Shown piece after piece: positions 37,297 to 45,774 of a stretch of DNA of 64,000 bases. The first letter of the stretch is position 1. Every line of letters begins with the position of its first letter. Position numbers and translations under genes: made by a program. Source of the DNA: Patescibacteria group bacterium (GTDB taxonomy: Bacteria; Patescibacteriota; Patescibacteriia; UBA2591; UBA6264); assembly GCA_016784145.1 (NCBI GenBank), contig JADHVF010000001.1:26367-90366 (forward strand), written 5' to 3'. Below the pieces are notes generated by a model, which searched no databases, had not been told where the DNA came from, and worked only from the letters and a program-made list of their open reading frames with translations.

Positions 37297-38589
37297 ATGT
37301 TTTTAAGTATCATAGAAAATTTTTTAGCAATACTTGCTAAAAAAACAATTAAAAAATATAAACCAGTAATTATTGGAATTACTGGCAGTGTTGGCAAGTC
37401 CAGCACAAAAGAAGCTGTTTATACTATTTTAAGCAATCATATTTTTTGTAGAAAAAATATTAAAAATTATAACAATGAAATAGGCCTACCATTAACTATT
37501 ATTGGATATGATTCGCCCGGGAAAAATGTTTTTGGATGGTTAAAAATATTTTTATTATCTTCCTTTAATCTTTTTTTTACAAAAAAGGATTACCCAAAAG
37601 TGTTAATACTTGAAATGGCGGCTGACAGGATTGGAGATATTGCTTATTTAAGAGATATTGCTCTTCCTAGTAGGGGAATAATAACAGCTATCAGCCCAGC
37701 TCATAGTGAATTTTTAGGAGGGCTTGATAATATTGCTAGAGAAAAACAAGCCATTATTAAAAAATTATCAAGTAATGATTGGGCAATTTTAAATGCTGAT
37801 GATGAAAGAATTATTCCAATGAAACAGATTACTAGGGCAAAAATAATAACTTTTGGCAATTCAATTGATGCGGATGTTAGAGTTATTTATTCATCAATGG
37901 AACAGGAAATAAAAGACAACCAGGTTAAAATAAAAGGAATAAAAATTCAGGTTAAATATAAAGATGATATTATTTCATTGTTTTTGCCCGGGATGGTTTC
38001 TTTATCAAGTATTTATTCTGTGTTAGCAGCTATTTCGATTGGAATAACATTTAATATTAAGACTAAAGACATGGTTAATTCGTTTAAGAGGTATAAACCA
38101 TTAAAAGGAAGAATGAATCCGCTTAAAGGCATAAACAAGACATTAATAATTGATGATACTTATAATTCTTCTCCTAGAGCAGCTATGTCTGCTTTAAATA
38201 CATTTGCCAAGATAAATACATCTTCTCAAGCTAAAAAATGGGTTATTATGGGAGACATGAAAGAACTTGGAGTATTGTCTGAAAAATCTCATTACGAAGT
38301 TGGACAGCTGGTGGCAGGAATGAATTTTGATTATTTAATTACAGTTGGAGAAGAATCTAGAGCATTAGCACAAGGAGCTGAAGAATCAGGTATGAATGAT
38401 AATAATATATTTAGCTTTCATGATTATCGCAAGGTTATTGATTTTTTAAAGCAAAGATTGAAAACAGGAGATATTATTTTAATAAAGGGCTCTCAGGCGT
38501 CAAGAATGGAGCAGATTGTTAAGGAAATAATAATGGATTCAGGCAAGGCAAAAGATTTACTAGTAAGGCAAAATCCTACTTGGTTATAA
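37297..38589 (+). CDS. murF: UDP-N-acetylmuramoyl-tripeptide--D-alanyl-D-alanine ligase (MurF-type Mur ligase)
   Basis: ATP P-loop GITGSVGKSSTKEAV and MurF-like DDTYNSSPRAAMSAL (DDxYNANP). 430 aa. Confidence 0.65.
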   Translation: MFLSIIENFLAILAKKTIKKYKPVIIGITGSVGKSSTKEAVYTILSNHIFCRKNIKNYNNEIGLPLTIIGYDSPGKNVFGWLKIFLLSSFNLFFTKKDYPKVLILEMAADRIGDIAYLRDIALPSRGIITAISPAHSEFLGGLDNIAREKQAIIKKLSSNDWAILNADDERIIPMKQITRAKIITFGNSIDADVRVIYSSMEQEIKDNQVKIKGIKIQVKYKDDIISLFLPGMVSLSSIYSVLAAISIGITFNIKTKDMVNSFKRYKPLKGRMNPLKGINKTLIIDDTYNSSPRAAMSALNTFAKINTSSQAKKWVIMGDMKELGVLSEKSHYEVGQLVAGMNFDYLITVGEESRALAQGAEESGMNDNNIFSFHDYRKVIDFLKQRLKTGDIILIKGSQASRMEQIVKEIIMDSGKAKDLLVRQNPTWL

Positions 38590-38596
38590 TGTTTAT

Positions 38597-38910
38597 CTTG
38601 AGCACGAATCTTCCTAAGAATCACTTAGAGGCCTTGCCCCTAAGTAGAATAGAAATTAATAATCAGTAATCAATAATCAATAATCAACAATCTCAATTAG
38701 AATCACTTAGGGGCCTTGCCCCTAAGTAGAATAGAAATTAATAATCAGTAATCAATAATCAGTAATCAATAATCAATAATCAATAATCTCAATTAGAATC
38801 ACTTAGGGGCCTTGCCCCTAAGTAAATATTGAGCACGAATCTTCCTAAGAATCACTTAGGGGCCTTGCCCCTAAGTAGAATAAGCAGAGTAAGTAGAGTA
38901 AGTAGATTGT
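38597..38910. repeat. Composite repeat region built from a GC-rich hairpin unit, an AT-rich spacer family and a short tandem repeat
   Basis: Four copies of gaatcacttag[ag]ggccttgcccctaagtagaat (a 9-bp stem cttaggggc/gcccctaag with loop ctt). They alternate with AATAATCAGTAATCAATAATCA-type spacers. A 54-bp terminal direct repeat (ttgagcacgaatcttcctaagaatcacttagNggccttgcccctaagtagaata) sits at 38597-38650 and 38829-38882. An (agtaagtag)x3 tandem repeat follows at 38883-38909. Confidence 0.85.
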
Positions 38911-38926
38911 TTTCATGTAGATGGGA

Positions 38927-40498
38927 TTAGAGGGATTTGATCATATAGGTGTTTTTGAGTCTATATCCTAGTTTGCGGTAATATTCTCTAGTGCCAATGC
39001 CGGCTATTATTGACATCTTTTTACAACCTCTTTGTTTAGCGATTTTAGTTGCTGCTAATATTAATTTTTTTCCTAATCCTAGATGCTGAGTTGCTTTATG
39101 CGGCTGTTTACTTGAATCAATTTCAATTAATTGTCCATATGTATGCAATTCTCTTATTAGGGCTGTTGAGCTGTTGGTTGGCAATCTTAATCTAATAAAA
39201 GCAGCTAATTTATCTTGTTTAGTGTCATTAAAAGATAACCATATTTCTTGTCCATCAGAGGCAGTATATTCTTTGTTTAATAATTTCAAGTTTTTAATTG
39301 TTATTTGTTTGTCTTTTATCTCTCTGCATCTAATGCATTTACATTTTAGTTTCATGTCTTTCATTTTTTCTTGAATTATCTCTCTTAAATTTGAAGTCTT
39401 GCTACCTGCTTCAATTTGCCAAGCAGGAATATCGCGAATTAATCGATTAATTCTAACATATCTAGGAGTGATTGATTTTATTTTAATAATTAAGTCAATT
39501 AATTGTTCGTCAGTATATGGTTTATAATTATTGTTTTTCCAAATATCAAACAATTTAGATCCTTTAGTAATTACACAAGGATATATTTTAAGCATGTCTG
39601 GCTGAAACACAGGATTAGTAAAAATTTGTTTAAACATGGCTAGATCTTTTTTAATTGAAGACCCTAATAATCCAGGCATCATATGATAACATATTTTAAA
39701 GCCGCTATTTTTTAATAATTTAGTTGCCTTAATTATTTCTTTTGTTTTATGTCCTCGATTATTTTTTTCTAAAATATCATCATAAACAGATTGAACCCCG
39801 ATTTCTACTCTTGTGCAACCAAGTTTTCTCATTCTCTTGATTTCTGTCTTGTTAATATAATCAGGCCTTGTTTCTAGTGTTAATCCAATAATACGATGTT
39901 TGGCTGTTTCATTTTTTTTCTGAGCAGATAGCAAAGTTTTACTTTTTGCTTGATTGGCTGCGTCAAAACATTTTTTGATAAACCAAATTTGATATTGTTT
40001 AGGCAAGTAACTCCAAGTACCCCCAATTACAATTAATTCAATTTTATCAACAGGGTGACCGGTTTGTTTTAATGATTTTATTCTCGTCACCACTTGTTTA
40101 TATGGATCAAAATCAAGTAATTTTGCTCTTTCAACAGCTGGTTCGCCTGATAGATAGCTTTTTGGAATACCAGCTTCAGTTGGGCAATAAATACAATCTC
40201 CAGGACATGGCCATTGTTTAGTTAGGACAGCCACGACAGCTACACCAGAAAGAGATCGGACAGGTCTTTTTTTTAATTGATTTTCAAAAAATGGAATTAT
40301 ATTTATTTTGTTTGTTGCTCGGGTTTGTTTGTATGCACTTAAAATATCAATGTTGCTAATCATGTTGATATTTAATTTTTTTGAAATTTTTCTTTTCCAT
40401 TTTAAAAAATCATCAAAATTATTAATTTTGCTTGATTTAATTTCCTGGGTTAATTTATAATTATTTATTTTATTTGCCATTGATTTTAATATTAGCAT
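38927..40498 (-). CDS. elp3: Elp3-family radical SAM/GNAT protein (tRNA wobble-uridine carboxymethylation enzyme homolog)
   Basis: The radical SAM motif is WPCPGDCIYCP (CX3CX2C). Conserved Elp3 blocks are SGVAVVAVLTK, ETRPDY, VEIGVQS, YVRINRLIRDIP and IRELHTYG. The C-terminal GNAT motif A is QHLGLGKKL, followed by GIGTREYYRKLGY. The protein aligns block-for-block by eye with yeast Elp3 as recalled. Confidence 0.85.
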   Translation of the reverse strand: MLILKSMANKINNYKLTQEIKSSKINNFDDFLKWKRKISKKLNINMISNIDILSAYKQTRATNKINIIPFFENQLKKRPVRSLSGVAVVAVLTKQWPCPGDCIYCPTEAGIPKSYLSGEPAVERAKLLDFDPYKQVVTRIKSLKQTGHPVDKIELIVIGGTWSYLPKQYQIWFIKKCFDAANQAKSKTLLSAQKKNETAKHRIIGLTLETRPDYINKTEIKRMRKLGCTRVEIGVQSVYDDILEKNNRGHKTKEIIKATKLLKNSGFKICYHMMPGLLGSSIKKDLAMFKQIFTNPVFQPDMLKIYPCVITKGSKLFDIWKNNNYKPYTDEQLIDLIIKIKSITPRYVRINRLIRDIPAWQIEAGSKTSNLREIIQEKMKDMKLKCKCIRCREIKDKQITIKNLKLLNKEYTASDGQEIWLSFNDTKQDKLAAFIRLRLPTNSSTALIRELHTYGQLIEIDSSKQPHKATQHLGLGKKLILAATKIAKQRGCKKMSIIAGIGTREYYRKLGYRLKNTYMIKSL

Positions 40499-40552
40499 TT
40501 TTTTAAGAATTTGTCTTTTTTATTTTTAAAAAAAATGTTAGAATATAATATA

Positions 40553-41218
40553 ATGAAACAAATAAAAGTTAGGCAGATTTTAGATAAAAGTAAACAAGCC
40601 TGGGAAGAAATAGCTGACGAATTTTCCAAATCAAGGGAAAATCTTTGGCCTGAATTATCTCCCTTAACAAAGTATGTGAAAGATAATAATTCTGTACTTG
40701 ATTTAGGATGCGGGAATGGACGTGTTTATGATCTATTTAAACATAGAAATATAAAATATACTGGTATTGATAAATCAGCCAAATTGATTGCCAAGGCAAA
40801 ACAAAGGATTCAAGCATCAAATGCTAATTTTATTGTTGGAGATGCGTTAAACATGCCATTTAAACAATCAAAGTTTGATGTTATTTTTAGCATTGCTTTT
40901 TTGCATCATATTCCAACTAAAAAATTACAATTAAAAACTCTAAATGATTGTTATAATATTCTTAAGCCAGGAGGAATTATGATTATAAGTGTGTGGAATT
41001 TTTGGCAAATTAATTTAATTAAAAAATATAAAATTTGGCAAATTTTTCTGGGCCAAAAAAACATCCTTATTCCTTTTACTTTAAAATCTAAAAAAATAAT
41101 GCGTTATTATTATGTTTTTAGATTTAAAGAGTTTCAGACAAGAATAAAATCAGCTGGTTTTTTAATTTTTAATAAAAAGAAAAGTCATAATTTTACTATA
41201 TTTGCTAAAAAGAAATAA
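40553..41218 (+). CDS. Class I SAM-dependent methyltransferase, Trm9/ALKBH8-methyltransferase-like (start moved to ATG 40553; the ORF track uses a TTG at 40511)
   Basis: SAM motif I (VLDLGCGNGR) is present. The flanking blocks AWEEIADEFSKSRENLWPEL, AFLHHIPT and ISVWNF parallel the Trm9 blocks IAPHFSxTRYKPWP, AVVHHWST and IYCWA as recalled, but this is unverified. Confidence 0.55.
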   Translation: MKQIKVRQILDKSKQAWEEIADEFSKSRENLWPELSPLTKYVKDNNSVLDLGCGNGRVYDLFKHRNIKYTGIDKSAKLIAKAKQRIQASNANFIVGDALNMPFKQSKFDVIFSIAFLHHIPTKKLQLKTLNDCYNILKPGGIMIISVWNFWQINLIKKYKIWQIFLGQKNILIPFTLKSKKIMRYYYVFRFKEFQTRIKSAGFLIFNKKKSHNFTIFAKKK

Positions 41219-41227
41219 TTTAAATAT

Positions 41228-42622
41228 ATGCAAATTTCTGAAAAAATTTTTAAAGCATATGATATCCGCGGGATTTACCCTGATGAAATAAATGAGATTT
41301 CCTCTTATAAAATAGGTCTGGCTTTTATTAAATTTTTGAAATTAGTTACAAAAATAAGGAGAAGAAAATTAAAAATAATAGTGGGGAAAGATGCACGCTT
41401 TTCTTCTCCCGAGATTTTTAAATCTTTTGTTTCAGGAGCGCTAAGACACGGGGTTGATATAATTGATATTGGAACAGTGTCAACAGATGCTTTATATTTT
41501 GCCCTTAATTTTCTTGAGGCAGATGGTGCAGCCATGATTACAGCCAGTCATAACCCCCCAGAGTATAATGGGATCAAACTAGTGGCCAGGATTTCTTTTA
41601 ACAAGAAAAAACCATATGCTAAATTTATATGTTCGGACTGGGGAATGGATAAGATAAAAGAATATGCCTTGGATGAAATTCCTTTAAAGGCAGATAAAGG
41701 AGGAGAACTTACTCATTATAATATTACTTCAAAATATTTAGACCATATTTTTTCTCTAATAGATATGGACGGGACAGAAGACATAAAAGCAGTAATTGAT
41801 TGTTCTGGTGGGACGGGGTCAGTTCTTATGAAAGAATTAGCAAAAGAAATTTCAGCTGATTTGCTTTTTATATATTCTACCTTGGATAGTAAATTTTCAA
41901 ATCATTTACCAAATCCATCTATAAAAGAAAATCTTGAAGATTTACAAAAAGAGGTGATAAAACAAAAGGCTAATTTTGGATTGATTTTTGATGGAGATGG
42001 AGATAGGGCTGTTTTTGTTGATGAAAATGGAGATATTATAGAGACAAGTATGATTATTTCCATGTTCTCAGAGTATTTTTTAAAGAAAAACCCAAAATCT
42101 ACTATTGTATATAATCTTACCTGTTCAAAAGCAGTGCCAGTTATAATAAAGAAAAATAAAGGCAAGCCAGTAAAAACAAGAACAGGGCATGCGTTTATGA
42201 AAGATGCTGCTAGAGCCAATCAAGCGATTTTTGGTGGAGAAATATCAGGACATTTTTATTATCAAGATATTTTTTATGCAGAATCAGGAGGATACACGCT
42301 TTTATTGATGTTAAAAATTTTATCACAGAGTAAACAACCCTTGTCATCTATAATTAAAAAATATAAACATTATTATTGGATTGGAGAAAATAATTTTAAA
42401 GCTATAGATAAACAAGGAGTTATTAAATTGTTAGCAAAAAAATATAGGCATGGAAAAAAGACATGGTTGGATGGCCTGACAGTTGAATTTAAAACTTGGT
42501 GGTTTAATGTTAGAGAATCTCATACAGAACCTTTGCTTAGAGTTGTTGTTGAGGCAAAAACAAAAGATTTTGCTAAAAAGAAATTAGCAGCTATTTCAAA
42601 AATAATAAAAAACCAAAATTAA
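41228..42622 (+). CDS. Alpha-D-phosphohexomutase (phosphoglucomutase/phosphomannomutase/GlmM family)
   Basis: Active-site Ser loop TASHNPPEYNGIKL, metal loop FDGDGDRAVFVDENG and sugar-binding GGEISGH. Confidence 0.75.
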   Translation: MQISEKIFKAYDIRGIYPDEINEISSYKIGLAFIKFLKLVTKIRRRKLKIIVGKDARFSSPEIFKSFVSGALRHGVDIIDIGTVSTDALYFALNFLEADGAAMITASHNPPEYNGIKLVARISFNKKKPYAKFICSDWGMDKIKEYALDEIPLKADKGGELTHYNITSKYLDHIFSLIDMDGTEDIKAVIDCSGGTGSVLMKELAKEISADLLFIYSTLDSKFSNHLPNPSIKENLEDLQKEVIKQKANFGLIFDGDGDRAVFVDENGDIIETSMIISMFSEYFLKKNPKSTIVYNLTCSKAVPVIIKKNKGKPVKTRTGHAFMKDAARANQAIFGGEISGHFYYQDIFYAESGGYTLLLMLKILSQSKQPLSSIIKKYKHYYWIGENNFKAIDKQGVIKLLAKKYRHGKKTWLDGLTVEFKTWWFNVRESHTEPLLRVVVEAKTKDFAKKKLAAISKIIKNQN

Positions 42623-42656
42623 TGGTTTTTCTTATTTTGAATATTGTTTGGGAATA

Positions 42657-43637
42657 TTAAATTATTCCCATTTTTTTCTTAACTTCAAGTATTGTTTGAG
42701 TAGCAATTATTTGAGCTTGCTGAGCTCCTTTTTTTATAATTGCTTGAATCATAGCAGGATTTTGTTCTAATTGTTTTCTTTTGGCTTGAATTGGTTCTAA
42801 TTCTTTCATTATATTTTTAAATAATATTTGCTTGCAATCAAGGCAACCGAATTTTGCTTTAGTACAAGCATCAACTACTTTGTTTAGTTCTTGTTTTGAT
42901 GAAAAAATTTCATGAAAATTATAAATATTACATTTATTTGGATTGCCAGGGTCTTTGATTGTTTTTCTGGCTGGGTCTGTCATGGCTGAAGCTATTTTTT
43001 TCCAAATAGTTTCTTTTGAGTCAGTCATGGCAATATAAGTATTTTTGTCAAAAGATTTACTCATTTTTCTAGTAGGGTCAATTAAACTCATTATGCGACG
43101 GGATTTTGTTAATAATGGTTTTGGCTCAGGAAATGTTTTTCCAAATTTTTTATTAAACTTTCTAGCAATTTCTCTAGCTAATTCAATGTGTTGAACCTGG
43201 TCTTCTCCAACTGGTACAACTTCTGCCTTGTAAAGCAATATATCGGCTGTCATTAAAATAGGATAATTTAAAATACCAGCATTTACATCTTTGGGATATT
43301 TTATCATTTTTTCTTTAAATTGGGTCATTCTTTTTAAGCTGCCAATAGATGTAATAGAGTTTAAAAGCCAGGCTAATTCAGTATGTTCTTTGACATGAGA
43401 CTGAACAAATATAATTGACTTTTGAGGGTCAATTCCACAGGAAACGAAATCAAGTACAGTATTAATCACTCGGGCTGGTAGCTTGTCAGGGTCATATGGA
43501 GATGTGATAGCATGATAGTCAACCACACAAAATAAGCTTTGGTATTTATCTTGCAACTTAGCCCAATTTTTAATTGCTCCTAAATAATTTCCAATATGGA
43601 TTGTTCCAGATGGTTGAATGCCACTAAATAATTTCAT
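42657..43637 (-). CDS. trpS: Tryptophanyl-tRNA synthetase
   Basis: HIGH motif (TIHIGNYLGA) and KMSKS motif (RKMSKSFD). 326 aa. Confidence 0.9.
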   Translation of the reverse strand: MKLFSGIQPSGTIHIGNYLGAIKNWAKLQDKYQSLFCVVDYHAITSPYDPDKLPARVINTVLDFVSCGIDPQKSIIFVQSHVKEHTELAWLLNSITSIGSLKRMTQFKEKMIKYPKDVNAGILNYPILMTADILLYKAEVVPVGEDQVQHIELAREIARKFNKKFGKTFPEPKPLLTKSRRIMSLIDPTRKMSKSFDKNTYIAMTDSKETIWKKIASAMTDPARKTIKDPGNPNKCNIYNFHEIFSSKQELNKVVDACTKAKFGCLDCKQILFKNIMKELEPIQAKRKQLEQNPAMIQAIIKKGAQQAQIIATQTILEVKKKMGII

Positions 43638-43714
43638 AGTATTATTATACCATTTTTTATAATTTTTTCAACATAAAGGGTTTAAAAATATAGAGAATTT
43701 GTTATAATTTATAG

Positions 43715-44338
43715 ATGCCAGAATCTTTTATCATAGCCCCTCTTTTATTAGGTCTTTCAACTGGAATATATTGTTTTGTTTATTGTATTCCTTTTATTGC
43801 TCCAGTAATGATTTCTGAGAAAAGAGGCAAACAACAAGACATTAAGACACTTACTCATTTTATTCTAGGTAGATTAATTGGCTATATTTTATTTGGGGCT
43901 GTGTTTGGTTATTTAGGGGAAAGTATTAATAATGATAATTTAAATATTATCTTGAATATTGCTCTTGTTTTAATGTCTTTGATTTTAATCTTACATGCTT
44001 TTGGTTTGTTAAGGTCAACTAAATCTTCGTTTTGTGCTAATATTAAAAAACATAATAAAAAATTCCCACTATTAATGGGTTTTTTTATGGGGATAAATGT
44101 TTGCCCGCCATTTTTAATGTCATTGGCTTACATTTTCACTCTTAATAGTGCTTTAAAAGGTATTATTTATTTTTTAATGTTTTTTGTTGGCACCACTCTT
44201 TATTTTATTCCTTTAGTGCTTTTAGGGTTGTTAAATAAAATGAAAGAGTTCCAACTTGTCGGCAAAATTTCAGGGCTAATAGTTGGTTGCTTGTTTTTGT
44301 TTTATGGAATATATAATATCATTTTACTAATAAATTAA
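43715..44338 (+). CDS. CcdA/DsbD-like membrane protein (putative transmembrane thiol-disulfide electron conduit)
   Basis: Six predicted TM segments. A Cys-Pro pair lies in TM1 (YCFVYCIPF) and another in TM4 (GINVCPPF), the pattern seen in CcdA/DsbD-family proteins. Family assignment is by motif only. Confidence 0.4.
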   Translation: MPESFIIAPLLLGLSTGIYCFVYCIPFIAPVMISEKRGKQQDIKTLTHFILGRLIGYILFGAVFGYLGESINNDNLNIILNIALVLMSLILILHAFGLLRSTKSSFCANIKKHNKKFPLLMGFFMGINVCPPFLMSLAYIFTLNSALKGIIYFLMFFVGTTLYFIPLVLLGLLNKMKEFQLVGKISGLIVGCLFLFYGIYNIILLIN

Positions 44339-44347
44339 TAAAAAAAT

Positions 44348-44662
44348 ATGGATAGAAACAAAATTAATAGAATTTTATTTAAAATATCAAATTATGCAGG
44401 ACCTTTGTTGGGAATTATTATGTTGATATATATTATATCGGGCTATGGCATAACCAAAGGGATTATGTCTCCCTTGTTAGCCAAATCCTTGCATAGCAGA
44501 TTGTTGCCAATTCCTTTATTCATGGTAATTGGTTTGCATGCTTTTATTAAAATGAATTTTAATTTAAGAAAAAGAGTTAGTAAAGATATAATTGCAGATA
44601 TTTGGACAATTATTTTATTTGGTCTATTTATGTTGGCTGGTCTTTATTTATACTTTTTATGA
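44348..44662 (+). CDS. Small hypothetical membrane protein (3 TM), translationally coupled to the downstream radical SAM gene
   Basis: Its stop TGA overlaps the ATG of the next gene (ATGA at 44659-44662). Confidence 0.35.
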   Translation: MDRNKINRILFKISNYAGPLLGIIMLIYIISGYGITKGIMSPLLAKSLHSRLLPIPLFMVIGLHAFIKMNFNLRKRVSKDIIADIWTIILFGLFMLAGLYLYFL

Positions 44663-45765
44663 TTAGGAAAATAGGAGCAATTTTATTTTTAATAATAATT
44701 ATCTTTTTAGTTGGATTTTTGATTTATGGTTCTGAAAAAAATAAAGACCAAATTGATTTTTATCCAGCCAAATATTATCAAACATTAGGGAATAAAATTG
44801 TTCAATGTAATTTATGTCCTAGAAAATGTATTTTATCGCCAGGAGAAATAGGGGTTTGTAAGGCCCGAAAAAATGTTGATGGAGAATTAAAAACAATGGT
44901 TTATAACAAGGTGGCAGCAGCCCATGTTGATCCCATAGAGAAAAAACCACTTTATCATTTTTTGCCAGGCACAACAGCTTATTCTATTTCAACAGCTGGT
45001 TGTAATTTACAATGCAAGTTTTGTCAGAATTGGCAAATTGCTCAAGTTTTTCCATGGGAAGCAACCTCAATGGAGATGTCTCCGCAAGAGGTTGTTGATA
45101 ATGCCTTGGCTAGTAATGCTAAGGCAATTGCTTATACTTATGGAGAGCCAACTATTTTTTATGAATACATGTATGATATTGCTAAATTGGCTCATAAAAA
45201 TGGGCTTAAAAATGTGGTGATTAGTGCTGGATATATAAATCCAGAGCCATTGCAAGACCTTTTGGAATATATTGATGCTTACAAAATTGATTTTAAGGGA
45301 TTTTCTCCTGATTTTTACAAAGAAATGACTTTAGGAGAATTAGAGCCAGTGTTAGAAACAATGAAAATTATAAAGCAATCAGGCACTTGGTTGGAAATTG
45401 TCAATTTAGTTATTCCAGGAGAAAACGATAATGATGAAAATTTGAAAAATTTAGCTTTATGGATAAAAGATAACTTAGGAGAAGATGTTCCGTTACATTT
45501 TCTTAGGTTCCATCCAGACTATAAATTGTTAAATGTTCCTCCAACTCCAATTAATACTCTAAAAAAAGCTAGACAAATAGCTTTAAACGCAGGACTAAAT
45601 TATGTTTATACGGGCAATATTTATGACCCGGATGGCAGTATTACGTATTGTCCTGACTCAGGGGATGTAGCCATTAAAAGGCAAGGTTTTTTTCTTTTAG
45701 ATAATAATTTAGATAAAAATGGCTATTGTTCGCCTGACTCGCAAGTGCCAGGAATTTGGCAATGA
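44659..45765 (+). CDS. AmmeMemoRadiSam-system radical SAM enzyme (PFL-activase-like) with an apparent N-terminal TM helix
   Basis: The N-terminal Cys cluster CNLCPRKCILSPGEIGVC precedes the canonical radical SAM motif GCNLQCKFCQN (CX3CX2C). The overall length fits the family. The predicted start MIRKIGAILFLIIIIFLVGFLIYG is a hydrophobic helix. The ORF-track start at 44602 lies inside the upstream gene. Confidence 0.75.
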   Translation: MIRKIGAILFLIIIIFLVGFLIYGSEKNKDQIDFYPAKYYQTLGNKIVQCNLCPRKCILSPGEIGVCKARKNVDGELKTMVYNKVAAAHVDPIEKKPLYHFLPGTTAYSISTAGCNLQCKFCQNWQIAQVFPWEATSMEMSPQEVVDNALASNAKAIAYTYGEPTIFYEYMYDIAKLAHKNGLKNVVISAGYINPEPLQDLLEYIDAYKIDFKGFSPDFYKEMTLGELEPVLETMKIIKQSGTWLEIVNLVIPGENDNDENLKNLALWIKDNLGEDVPLHFLRFHPDYKLLNVPPTPINTLKKARQIALNAGLNYVYTGNIYDPDGSITYCPDSGDVAIKRQGFFLLDNNLDKNGYCSPDSQVPGIWQ

Positions 45766-45774
45766 TTTTATTAT

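Noticed and set aside
38822-38834. 13-nt match aatattgagcacg between the 38.8 kb repeat region and 51245-51257 (reverse strand)
   Set aside because: At 51.2 kb the match lies inside the coding sequence ...MNIEHGYKT of a confident ORF. A single short match in an AT-rich genome is most likely coincidence.
38597-38910. CRISPR array
   Set aside because: The intervening spacers are copies of the AT-rich repeat family, not unique sequences. Repeat spacing is irregular. There are no cas genes, and the flanking 54-bp direct repeats do not fit CRISPR architecture.
40511-40552. TTG-initiated N-terminal extension of the methyltransferase (MSFLFLKKMLEYNI)
   Set aside because: It would leave only 12 bp between divergent starts and adds a hydrophobic non-conserved peptide. 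The ATG at 40553 (MKQIKVRQ...) is preceded by a tataat-like box and matches where Trm9-like homology begins. An ATG at 40535 remains possible.
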